Shown here: piece by piece, positions 1 through 12,500 of the stretch
How positions within the stretch are numbered: position 1 is the stretch's first letter
Layout of the letters: each line of letters starts with the position of its first letter
DNA from: Basidiobolus meristosporus CBS 931.73
Taxonomy: Eukaryota > Fungi > Basidiobolomycota
Assembly: GCA_002104905.1 (NCBI GenBank)
Contig: MCFE01000094.1
Span: 62,001 to 126,000, forward strand
Direction: 5' to 3'
Length of the DNA: 64,000 bases
Program-made: the position numbers and the translations under genes
Notes under the pieces: generated by a model
Told to the model about the DNA's origin: nothing
What the model saw: only the letters and a program-made list of their open reading frames with translations
Database searches by the model: none

Positions 1-2790
1 TAGGCTAGGCCAATCTGATTTATGCACCAAGTTGAGTTGGGCAACTTGTTCTAATGTTGATAAGGCATCAGCAACCATGTTGCTGTTTCCAAGGCAGCAG
101 ACAATCTCCAAGTCAAATTGTTGAATGTATTCACTCCATCTTGTCATTCTTCTAGAGAGTACCTTCTGAGTAAATATATACTTGAGGGAGGCATGATCAG
201 TCTTCACAGTGAATTTGACTCCTTCAATATAGCATCTCCATGTCTTCAAACAGTGTATTATAGCAGGCATCTCCTTCTCATGGACTGGATAGTTTTGTTC
301 TGCTGAGTTCAGTTTCTTGGATTCAAAGGCAACAGGGTAGTCCTTTCCCTTGTGTTCTTGGCTCAACATTCCACTAATTGCATAATCTGAAGCATCTATG
401 CACAGAGTGAACTCTTTTCTGAAGTCTGGTATTCTTAAGCTTGGCAGCTTAGCAAGTTCATTCTTGAGTGTCTGGAAGGCAGTCTCACAAGCTATGTCCC
501 ACTTGTAGGTATTATCTTTCTTGAGGATATCAGTTAAAGGGGCTGCAATACTTGCAAAAGACTTGACAAATCTCCAATAATAGGAAACCATTCCAAGAAA
601 TGATCTGAGCTCTGATATGCTATGGGGCTGCTTCAGATTCTTGATTACTTCCACCTTCTTAGGGTCCAGGTCACTCCTGTGCTAGTCACTAAGTATCACA
701 GATATTCAACATGTTCCTTGAAGAATTCACACTTGGGTAGCTTGCCATAAAGCTTGTTCTCTCTTAGCTACTTCAAGACCTTTTCAATGTGCACCAAGTG
801 ATCCTCTTCTGTCTTGCTGTATATCAGTATATCATCTAGGTAGATTATGACTAATTTGTCTAAGTACTCCTGGAAGACAGTCTGCATCAGGGTCATGAAA
901 GTTGCAGGAGCATTGGTGAGGCCAAAACTCATGACTTAGTACTTTTAATGTCAATATCTGGTCCTGAATGCTGTCTTAGGGATATCTTCTGGCTTCACCC
1001 TAATCTGGTTGTATCCTGACATGAGGTCAATCTTGTTCAAAATAGTGGCTCCATTGAGTTGGTCTAAGAGCTCATCAATCTGAGGTATGGGGTACTTATT
1101 CTTCACTGTAACTGAGTTGAGGGCTCTGTAGTTAATGCACATCCTAAGTGTTCCATCCTTGTTCTTCACAAAAAGTACTGGTGCTCCCCATGGTGACTTG
1201 CTGGGTTTGATATATCCTTGCTCCAGTAATTGTTCTATTTGTCTCTTCATCTCTTCCAACTCCAATGGACTCATTCTGTAAGGTGTCTTACTCACTGGAG
1301 GGCTATCTCCTGTTTCAATGGCATGATCCACATCTCTGACTGGTGGTTGGCTTGCAAGTTCTTCTGGAAACACGTCTGAATATTTCTTCAAGAGAGTCTG
1401 GACCTGCTAGGGTGCTGGGATAGAGGAATCCCCCTGTAATAGCACCATGAGGAACATCTGAGTACCTTTTCTAAGTAAGTGCACTACAGAACTGGGTCTT
1501 GCTAAGTTCACTTGTCTCACATATACTGGCATTGACCAAGTTGAAATCCAGCCTGGCAGGTAATAGCTCATAGGTCTTGTTGTCCTTTTGGATCTGAGTA
1601 GCATGGGTTCTCCAGTTGATTGATGGATTACAACAAAATAGCCAGGTTTTCCTAAGTACAAGGTCAAACTTGCAGTTCCCAAATATATAGGCCTGTAGGT
1701 CTTCTTCATAGCCATTGATCTTCATTCTTACTGGCTGGGTAATAGGATGATTATGTGAGATTTCCCATCAGCTGTTGAGACCAAAGTTGATTTGGTAGGT
1801 TCCAAGTTAATTCCAGCTTTCAGAGCAAATTGCTCTGACATGTACACATGTGATGCTCCTGAGTCAATCATGATCTTGGCAGGTACTCCATTGATTACTC
1901 CATTCTAGTATAATAGCTTTCCTGAGTTTGAGGCCATCTGGGAGAGGTATTCTTCTGTCATGTGGAAGGTGAGTTCTGAGTCTTCTTCAAATTCATCCTC
2001 CATGTTACTAAGCTCCATGGCCTCAATACGGTTAAAGGTTCTTGATGGCTGGTGTCCATTTCTTCTCTGAGGGCAGTACTTTGCAATATGTTCTTGGTGG
2101 TGGCAATTGAAGCAAAGTCCTTTCTTCTTACATTCTTCTGAGGTAGGATTCTTCTGCATAGCGTCTATTGCCATTGGCACTGCTTCTGATTGTCTTCATT
2201 CATAGTGATTGTAGCCTCTCTGATTAGTTATTGTGGGCTTCCCAACTCCAAACATAGCTGAGTCATAGTCAATGGCAATCTTGATGGCTTCTTCAATAGT
2301 CTGAGGTCTTCAATAATTCACTTCCTTATGAATTCTCTCTTTCAACTCATTGATAAAGTATTCAACTTGATCCAGGGGGTCCATTCTTTCAATTTGTCCA
2401 AGTAGACATCTGTACTCATATATGTATTCTTGAACCATTCCTTTCTGTCTGAGTGTCTTTAACTTCCTTCTTAGTAGTGTCTGCTGGTGTGGAGATTTAA
2501 AAGCATCCTGAATTTCCAACACAAACTCATCCCAGGTAGAGATTGTAGAGCATCCCATTGTAGTGGCTGACCTGATCTTGTTGTGGTACCACTGTAAAGC
2601 TGCATCTGCCAGGTAAGAAGCTGCATAATGCATCTGGCTTTCTGGAGCAATTCCTTTAGCTTTAAAAGCTTTGTCAATCTGAAAGAGCCAAGTTCCCAGG
2701 TTTTCATTGACTCTGCCATGGTACCGGTTGACCTTCACACTAAAGTTGGACACTCTATTGCCTCCTACATCTGTGTGCATTGATTGGCTA
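1..2790 (-). mobile_element. Ty3/gypsy LTR retrotransposon, decayed gag-pol (gag, Zn knuckle, protease, RT, RNase H; continues left of window)
   Basis: Minus-strand motifs in gypsy order: gag 2310-2780 (YHGRVNENLGTWLF..W.EF), knuckle CFNCHHQEHIAKYC (1905-2180), protease IMIDSGASH (~1845-1875), [26 protein letters not shown] (951-1391), YLDDILIY (~825-850), RNase H DASDYAISG (~372-400) and TDHASLKY (~180-205). Many stops and frameshifts; no LTR found. Confidence 0.93.
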
Positions 2791-3019
2791 TTGCCTCTTT
2801 TTCACACTCCTTACTTCATGACTCAACTGTTTCTCTAACTTTTCATGGATACAAATTTATTTATTTGAATTGAAACTTCAGTTGTACCTCAATTGCCAAT
2901 TGTATTGACCTATACAAGTCCCTATACCCTACACTAACATTAAGCCCAACCCCACACTGAACAAGTAACTCCATTAAAATCCTCCACTCAATAAGTATTT
3001 CTGCTGTAACGCTCTGGTT

Positions 3020-5100
3020 TCATGACTTTAGCAGGAACCCAACAACTTTATGCCACTGTACATTCACTGGTTCCAACATGTCCTGGTCTTCAGCCAGTAC
3101 TGCAAGGTCTAGCACCTCATCTGCCAGTCTTTGCAATAAATCCTTGCAATATTTCAGTGCATTTTCTTGAGCACTGCTCTTGAAGAAGTGCTGCAATCTC
3201 TTGGTGTGCCTATTGAAGTTCCAAAACTCCACTGAAGACATTGTGATAGTCTTGCAAGCTCTTAATGTTGTAGCCCTGCCTCTCAGTGGGATCTCCACTC
3301 AGTCAACAATGGAGGATGTGGAGGCTGTGGTAGAAAAATTACCTTTTTCAGCAAACTCATATACCTTGCTGGAGTGTAGCTCAACTGGCTGTGCTTCCAA
3401 CTCTAGTGAAAACAACAGTTTTCTTGTTAGTAAATCTTTGTGGTTATGATGAGATTCAGTCTGTTCCAAGCTTGTGGCATTATTGGCAAGAACTGCAGTT
3501 CTTATTGCATGCCTCCCTGTCTCAGGCTTTGGTAGATATTTTATCCTTTACCTTTTCCTTTATCACTGCCAGGTCTTTCATTGCTACTTTGTCTGAGTGC
3601 TTCTTGTAAACAACTATGTTTTCTCCTGGATAAATTCTGCTCTGTTGCATCTGTTTTGGCCTGCTTGTCCCTTGCTGGCACTCTTCTGGCAACCTGACGT
3701 TTCTTTTCAGCTTGTTTTGAGCTCTCAACTGTAGTCATGATGGGCTCCTGTAAAAGTGGTTGGTTTTTATCACTACCAGGTCCTTCACTGCTACTTTGAC
3801 TGGGTGCTTCTTAAGTGGTGCTACACCTTTTCCTTGACAAATGTTGTGCTGGTGCATCTGTGTCTGCCTACTTGTCCCTAATTGGCACTCTTCCAGTTAC
3901 CTGACATCTCTTTGATGCTTGTCTGGTGCTTTGGCCCTGCTTGTGATGGGCTCTTGCAGAAGCCACTGCCACTTTGACTGGGTGCTGCTTGAGTGGTACT
4001 ATGCTTTTTCCTTGATAAATGTTGTGTTGGTACATCTGTGTCTGCCTGCTTGTCCCTAATTGGCACTCTTCCAGTTACCTGACATCTCTTTGACACTTCT
4101 CTGGAGCTTTTGGCCCTGCTTGCAATGGGCTCTTGCAGAAGCTGCTGGTTTTTAATCATGGCACCCTTGTTCTTCTGCCTTTGATAGTTTTTGCTATTCA
4201 TCAGATACTTTTTTGGCATGCAAATGCTGGCCCAAGATCTGTTTGCCCATTTGAATCCAGGATAATGCTCATGGAACAAGTCAAGTGCATTCTGCTTGGC
4301 CTTGGGTTCCTGATGGTCCCATGGTATGCTGGCCTTAAGATGATGGCATGCTAGACTTCTGACAGCCTCTTAAATATTAGCCCTCTCTTTGTTATTGCAC
4401 TCAACGGCTTCACAGATCTTCAATGTCTTTTGATTTTTAGGCTTTGGTATAAACACCACATTGTCTCCTCCCATGATTTAATAGGTTTTTCTGTGGGCTT
4501 TATCTTTGGGCACTGTTGATGTGCTTCAAAAACTGCACGGTGTTCCTCTGCTGTTACATTGAGAATTGGCTCAATTCTTGGCTGTGACATTGAGCTACTT
4601 GAGTTCCTTCTTTGCAGCAAAGATACTACTTTCTCCAAGGGATATTGTTTGCTCTACACTTATTATCCACTCATCCTCTTTCTGAGCAATTTCTTGATTT
4701 CTCTGGGCCATTGTATCTATCCTATCAGCCACTGCACCTAATTGCTCATTAATGCTTTGGTATGAGCTGACAACATACTTGCTGATATGGGTGGTGGTGA
4801 TATTATCATGGCCACTTGCTGGTCTTCAGCTGAGGATACTGCATTTGCTACAGTCTCATCTGCCTGAGCATAATGGTCAGCTTGTGGCTCTGCAAAGGTT
4901 CTCAATTGCCTACTTGACTGAGAGTTTGTGGAGTCTGCATTATTACCTTCAATGGTCACACTGCCCACGGGGCCTTTTTTGGATGTCGCCCTGCTTGTTG
5001 CACTGAGAGTCAAAGCAAGCTGTTGTCCAACCACTCTGCTGTTGCCATCAGTGGTGGGTTTGGTTGGGAACCAGACAATATTGCTTTATTTTTTGGTGGC
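3020..5100 (-). pseudogene. Decayed second ORF (TnpA-like accessory gene) of the adjacent CACTA/EnSpm element, divergent from the transposase
   Basis: Run of broken minus-strand ORFs (4738-5034, 4420-4638, 3878-4279, 3522-3738, 3020-3298), CpG-depleted like the TEs, head-to-head with the transposase at 5325. The assignment comes from position and the two-gene CACTA layout, not from a recognised domain. Confidence 0.5.
3579..4142. repeat. Three degenerate tandem repeats (~207, ~178, ~179 bp)
   Basis: CA(C/T)TGC(T/C)ACTTTG(A/T)CTG(G/A)GTGCT starts at 3579, 3786 and 3964. GCTTGTCCCTAATTGGCACTCTTCCAGTTACCTGACATCTCTTTGA-like blocks also recur. Confidence 0.9.
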
Positions 5101-5324
5101 ATATATATGGAAGTGAGTCAAACTAAAGGGGAAATGGTGTAACATGTACATGTGTATGTGGTGCCAGACCTTTATTTATAATGCTTACTATGGCAGGTCA
5201 TCATTGAATCATACATTCATGTAGGTGCAATGTCTCAAATACAAGAATGTCTTAAACTCACATGAGTATTGACTAAAAAGTGATATAATAGCTCTACATT
5301 GTTGAAGGTCAAGCTGTTTGCCCC

Positions 5325-6824
5325 ATGGACAAGACTACTTTGACTCAATACTGTAAGAGAAGCAAAAGAAGACCATGTGGCTATTGTGGCAAGCCTCTCA
5401 GCCATGAAGCATGCAGACAGCATAGGAAGTATAACAAGAATTGTGGTCAGTGTTTTGCCACCCAAGTCATATTTGACCATTCATTGGTTGCTACTGTACC
5501 AACATTATCTTGCCAGCCAGCTGATACTTCTGTATTGGCACCTGCCATCTTTGTCACCTTATGCAAACTAAGTCAGGTGAGTTTGTGATGCCTTTAGGCT
5601 CACTTCAGCCTCCTGAATATGTCATGCAGAGTGTTAGCGCTGACAATGAAGGTTCACTGATGGATTTTGAGCCTATCTCCCCTAAAAACAATACCACATA
5701 TAAGCCTAGTCAAATCCCTATATGCAATGAGACAACACCTATTGAAACAAATGCCAAGAATACTTTATGGATCCAAGGGAGACCAGAAATCCATCTACTG
5801 GTGAATGATGTAATGTTGTGGCTAGAGAAGTAGTGCATTTCCACTAATATCAGTAAGGGGGGCTTTGAGGATTTATTACTACTTCTTGCCAAAATCATAC
5901 AGGGATGCAACTTACCATGTACATGGTACAAGTGGACAACTGTCATGCAGCTGGCAACATATGATCCAGAGACTGTACTGATTCTAGCATGCGGGAGTTT
6001 CCTATGGAGCAGATGTGTGGGGAGATAGAAAGACTGGTGAAGTTACAGGTTCTACCATATCCCAATTTCATCAAGAATATTACCTTCAAGTCCATCATGG
6101 ATGTGATGAGTTGGCACATGTAGGTCAGCCAGGAAGATTTGGAAAATACTGAGGACAGATGTGCACATGAAGACACCAATGCCTATGGCATTAAGAAGCC
6201 AAGCAACCACAATATGTGGGTAATCAGTTAAGTAATGCAAAGTTGGGTTGGGTGCCACTAGCAACTAATTTTCATTAGGAAAACTCTACCAAGGTATGCC
6301 AGATTGCCCTTGTTCACAAGCCAACCTCTACACCATTCAATACAGAACTCACACAAACAGGAGCTAGAAGCACCTATATGGGGTACTAGTATCCAGGAGG
6401 GAGAAGGAATGTATTGACTAAATACCAAGTAGTTGTTTGTGGATATTCAGGAGGTGTTCATGGCTGAAGTTGCAACAAATAAGCATTTGTTTGCAAGATG
6501 TATATGTTACCAGCAGTACAAGGTAAATGGCCACTTTGCAAGTATTGCACCAAAAGGCCGTAAAGTTGAGGTGATAGAAGTATGTCAATTGGGGCAGGTG
6601 TATGCATATGTAGATGTTAGTAAGCAGGAGGCCATAGTCATTTTTAATTCAAGCTATATGAGGAATACCCAAGGTAGTAGTGGGTAAGCAAATAAAGAGG
6701 GGTGATTCTGCAGTGAAATGTATGAATTGCACAAGGTGAGGTGGAAAAAGGAAATACCATTTGGTAAATTGGTACAGTAGCATTATACAGAACTAGCTGT
6801 AGGCCACCATACTGCCATTACAAT
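5325..6824 (+). mobile_element. CACTA/EnSpm transposon copy 1, internally deleted transposase pseudogene plus 3' subterminal region
   Basis: N-terminal Cys/His motif CGYCGKPLSHEACRQHRKYNKNC (5325-5588), then GGFEDLLLLLAKII..LPCTWYKW..YDPETVLI matching copy 2. It jumps at ~5990 to the C-terminal EFPMEQMCGEI segment. Confidence 0.85.
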
Positions 6825-9505
6825 CCCTATGACAAATATTATGGTCCCACAGGTGGATCCATTGCAGATCAGCCATCAAGATCCCATTTAGAGACTGTCA
6901 TAATAACAGCAGCTTCAAATTAGAGACCCTCCTAGCAATCTTATAACAGAATCATGACAGTGTCTTGCTAATCTTACAGCCAAATAAAGGGCTAAAACTT
7001 GACAATATTTTATTGGTGCTGTATCAATATTTGCATGGTATTGTTACAGTCTTTCAGCACGCTATAACTATTTTAAGTAAATCCAGTTGGCCAGGACATC
7101 CAATTGCCTTATATGGCAAGAAACTTGACAGTATTTTGCCGGCCTCACAGCAAGACTCTGAAGGCATTATATTGGCAGTGTGACAGCCTACCACTGATTC
7201 TGTATAATGCTACTGTATCAATTTACCAAAGGGTATTTCCTTTTTCTACCTCCCCTTATGCAATTCATATATTTCCCTGTAGAATCACCCCTCTTTATTT
7301 GCTTACCCACTGCTACCTTGGGTATTCCACATATAGCTTGAATTAAAAATGACTATGGCCTCCTGCTTACTAACCTCTACAAGCATGCACACCTGCCACA
7401 ATTGACACACTTCTATCACCTCAACTTTACAGCTTTTTAGTGTGATACTTGCAAAGTTGCCATATACCTTGTACTGCTGGTAACATATACATCTTGCAAA
7501 CATATGCCTGGTTGTTGCCACCTCTGACATGAATACCTCCTGAATATCCACAAAGAACTTCTTAGCATTTAGCCAATATATTCCTTCTCCCTGCTGGATT
7601 CTAGTCCCCCTGATTGGTGCACTCTGGCTTTTGTTTTTGAGAATTCCGTATTGCATGGTGTAGAAGTTTGCTTGTGACCACAAGAAATCTGGCATATCTT
7701 GGTGGAGTTTTCCTGATAAAAATTAGTTGCTTGTAGCACCCAACCCAACTTTGCATTACTTAGCTGATTACCCACACATTGGGGCTGCTTAGCTTCTTAA
7801 TGCCATAGGCATAGGTGTCTCCATGTGCACATTTGTCCTCAGTATTTTCCAACTCTTCCTGGCTGACCTACATGTGCCAACTCATCACATCCATGATGGA
7901 CTTGAAGGTCATATTTTTGATGAGATTGGGATATGGTAGTACCTGTGACTTGACTTGTCTTCCAATCTCCCCACACATCTGCTCCATAGGAAACTCCCAC
8001 AAGGTGAAGCAAGGCCCAATATTCTCCATACACCATGCAAGATGGAGTAGATAATGGATACAGTAGCGGCAGAGATCTACACATTCAGCTTTGTGTTTGT
8101 AGTATAGCCACTCAAATCCCATTACAAACTCCTCACACAACAGCTGTAGATGCATCAAGTTGGCATTAGTGATCCTCTTTTGGATAAATATTCCTACAAT
8201 GTGCACATATGACTTCCAATGTTTTGAATGTATCTTTGGTAGGAATGGCTCAGAACACCACTTGAATAAATACATATCCAGTTCATCCAGTCTTTGCACT
8301 TGAATTGTTGCATATGCATATGAATATTAATTGGAGCCCATGAGAAGTACTTAGGGTAGCAGATACTCTGTAATATCTTGCCAATTCTTTCAAATTTCTC
8401 CAGTATCTCAAAGGGCTCATTTAGCTTGAAACACCCCATGTACAACTTGGTCATCAGTATAGGGATATTGCTGAAAAGCAAATGCATTGCTCCCAGTGGA
8501 AAGCTTTTGCTCCAACAGATACCCTCTATCTTAGGTATCTCTGGTTTTCAATTAACTCCATATTTTGGCCAATGGCTTATAGCTTGCCAACTTTGCTGCA
8601 ATTGCATGCCTACTTTTGTATGTTCTCTCAGTGGAAAGATGATGTTCTTAGTGCTGGTGTTTGGGTAATAATAATGTGTGTGAGTTATAGAGAAAACCCC
8701 CTGAATCTCACTCAAATAACAGCAATACCATCCATTGTGCCCAGAAAAACCTGATATGTTGCTGATGGCTGGGGTATTGCCAATGCAGATAATAATATGC
8801 ACTTTTACATGATGGTCATTTACTGTTATCCCGCTGGAAAGCATAAAAAATTCATCCAGCAATGGATACAGGTAGCTATCCAGGTTGGACAGTGATATAG
8901 GCCTAGATACCAGTGAGACTACCATTGGATTATTGCTCTGATACTGTAAGATGGGCAGCAGATTCAGATTGATGAGAATCAGTGGCCAGCAGGATTTGCT
9001 GGTAGAATACTTGTTTAATGAGAATCCATCAAGTGCTAAAGCAAAGGCATGGTCATACATACCTTCAAAGTAGCCCTTGCTTCTTAGCTGTTTGTAATGT
9101 TTGCCATTGAATATATTGGATATGTTTGCGCTTGATTGATACTGAGTGTGGTACTGTATAGCTTTGCAATAATTGTTAGACTGCATGAGCTTCCTCAAAT
9201 GGGGTATGACCAGAATATATCCAGAGTGTGAACAATGTTTTCCCTCAATGGTGGTGGATTCCTGACAACTTGGGCACATTGCCATGGCAGCATTTTTGGA
9301 TGTGAATGCCAAGCAGCTGTTAACACATGCTGGAATCAGGACAGTCTCTGGATCATATATTGACAGCTGCACGATGGTTGTCCACTTGTACCATGTACAT
9401 GGTAAGTTGCATCCCAGTATGATTTTGGCAAGAAGTAGTAATAAATCCTCAAAGCCCCCATTACTGATATCAGTGGAAATGCGCCACTTCTCTAGCCACA
9501 ACATG
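6825..9505 (-). mobile_element. CACTA/EnSpm transposon copy 2 (Tnp2/Transposase_21-type pseudogene, 5'-truncated) with terminus at 6825
   Basis: ORF 8548-9600 has CVNSCLAF..CPSCQE, LALDGF and CWPLILINLNL. ORF 7868-8299 has HYLLHL..IGP..WEFPMEQ. Terminus CCCTATGACAAAT at 6825 is a CACTA variant. Confidence 0.9.
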
Positions 9506-12500
9506 TGGTCTTTCTTCTCTTCTCTGGTAACTGGTATTTTGGTGAAAATATTCCTAGTAAATCCCAAAAGGGAATTTGATTGGTATTCCCTAGGATTCAA
9601 AGGTAATGATCTAAGTGACCAAGTTAGGTGAGTATTTAGGTGGAATTACAAATTTTTACAACACTTCCACTCAGCTAAATGTTCATGCTTACTAGTCCTA
9701 ATTTTGACCTAAAATGTTCAAACTTGTCTCTAGCTTATGGTTTGGTAAGTATGTCTGCAATCATCTCATCTGTGGGACAGTAAGCTAGGTTAACCATGTT
9801 ATTCTCTATAACTTCATGTATGAAATGATGTCTAATATCTATGTGCTTAGTTCTAGCTTGAAAAGTTGGATTTCTACCTAATTATATACATCCTTGATTA
9901 TCTTGAAATAAGCGATAGGCATTTTTTGACATAGGCCTAAATATGTAAAAAGCTTACTTAACCACATTGCTTCTTTTGTAGCTTCACAGGCTGCCATATA
10001 CTCTTACTCTGTGGTAGAAAGTGCTACAGTTGGCTGCTTTCTTGGGATCCATGAAATTGCTCCTTGACAGTAAAGAAAGGTGTATCTTGTGGTGGATCTT
10101 CTGTCTTCAGATTTTGTCCCCAATAAGCATTGGAGTATCCCACAAGGTTCTATTCTGGATTCTTATAAGTGTATCTTAAGCAGATATCAGTAGTTCCTTT
10201 TAGGTATCTATGAATCTGCTTAACTGCTGCAATATGATCAGATCCGTAGTTCTGATTATGTTGGTTGACAACTCCCACCAAATATAAGATATCTGGACAT
10301 GTTCCAAGCATGGTATACATCAGACTGCCAGCCATAGAATGATAAGAAAAGTCAGGGCTTTCAGACAGCACCAAGCTCTCTTGATTTGGTTGAGTTTTGA
10401 CCAAGTTAAGGTTTGTCTCCATTGGGGTAGCTGCTGGTTCACAGTCTTCTATTTGGTACTTCTTTAGTACATCTTGAATATACTTGGATTGGCTTAGGGT
10501 AATAGTCTGGGTACTTTTGTCTATGGAGAACTTTATCCCTAAGTAGTAACTGAGTTCTCCCAGATCAGACATCTTGAACTCCTTAGATAGGCTGGATTTA
10601 GTCTCTTCCAATGTATCTAGGTTATTGGTGGCTATAATAAGATAATCCACATATAGTGCTAATAGAACTGGATTTGCTCTATCTGGCTTATAGTATATAC
10701 TATAGTCAGCATTACTTCTTTTGAAACTCAAAGATTCCAAATAAGAATCTATCTTGTAATTCCAGGCTCTTGGTGATTGTTTGAGACAATAGAGAGGCTT
10801 TTTAAGCTTGCAGACCAAATGGGGGTTATCTTGGTCAATAAATTCATCAGGCTGGTCCACATACATGTCCTCATCAAGTTTTCCATTCAAAAATGCAGTT
10901 TTTGCATCCACTTGATGAATAAAAAGCTTATATTTGGCTGCAATAGCCAATATTAATCTAATGGAATTAAATTTGACTACTGGTGCAAAGGTCTCAGTAT
11001 AGTCAAGTCCTTTTGTTTGAGAGTATTCTTTGGCCACAGATCTTGCTTTGTATCTTTCAACTGAACCATCAGCCTAGTGTTTTGTCTTAAAGACCCATTT
11101 GCATCCAATTGATTTTTGGTTGATTGGTAATATGACCAAGTCCCAACCAAGGTGGACTTGAGATCAGATTTTTGTCATCATCTGATGATGTTTTTTGTGA
11201 AGCTTTTGAATTTTCATCAAACAACTCTTTCCTGGACTTGATTAGCTTCTTTGCTTTGGTATTGTAGAGTCTGTATGCTTTATTTGCATTGCAGTAGCCC
11301 AAAAATAGGCATTTTACACTTTTTGGCTCAAATTTTGACTGGTTTCCAAGTAGTTTCTTGCCATATGCTGTACACCCAAATATTCTTAGATGTTCTGCAC
11401 TTGATCTGCACACATACCATGCTTCAAATGGAATAGAATCACAAAGTATTGTGTTTTAACTCCTATTTTTAAGGTATATAGCAGTGGCAACTGATTCCAC
11501 CCACAAATCATAGGATAAATTTTGATCATGGATCATAGATCTTGCCATATCAGTTATTGTTTTGTTTGCAAGTTCTGCTACTTCATTTTGCTGTGGAGAG
11601 TATGTTACAGTAATCTCTTGCTTTATCCCATGAACTTTGCAGAAGTGGATGAAGAGTTTTGAGGTATATTCTCCAGCATTGTCAGAGCGTATTTTCTTGA
11701 TTTTTTCACCAGTTTCTCTCTCCACCATGGCTTAAAACTTCCGGAGCTTAGACAGAGCTTCTTTCTTTCTCTCCATGAAGTAGACCCATGTGTATCTTAT
11801 ATAATCATCACTAAAAGTGATAAAATACTTCATCCCACCTAAGGATAAATTTTGCATAGGTCCACACATATCTGAGTGAATTAGATCTAATTTTTTCTTA
11901 GTTTTGATTAGCCCAGAGCTCTTGAATGGCTGTCTGGCTTGTTTCCCCTATATGCAGGCTTCACAGTGCTCCTAATTAGCTGGGGGATCAATTTCTACTC
12001 CAGAAATTAGCTGATCTTTGATTGTTTTGTGCAAATAATCAAAACTGATATGCCCAAATCTCCTGTGCCAAAGTAATGGTGTTTCTTCATATAAGTTACT
12101 TATATTGGCTTCCAGATATGATGGAATATAATTTAACCTGTATAGATTCTGATCTCTGATAGCCAAAGTAATATGGGCACCATTTGATCAGTGATCTTGT
12201 ATCCAGAATTGTCAAAGCTGAAACTGAGACCTTCTGCAGTTGCCTTGCTTACAGATAGTAGGTTCTTGGCTATTTCTGGTACCTAGAGTACTTCTTTAAA
12301 GGTCAGTGTATGGCTTCCTTCACTGCCTCTAAGGTTTACTTGGATAGTTCCTTCTCCCACTGCATCAAATGTTCTATCATCACCCATGAAAACCTTCTTA
12401 AATTCTTGGTATTGGGTGAAAAGTTGTCTTTTGTGTGTAAAGTGTTGAGATGCTCCAGAGTGAATATGCAATGTCTGAGAATCCTAGTTAGTGGTCACAT

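Noticed and set aside
3008-3022. Minus-strand TGAAACCAGAGC resembling a TGGTATCAGAGC-type gypsy PBS
   Set aside because: Three mismatches, no adjoining LTR identifiable, and it overlaps the stop codon of the neighbouring ORF.
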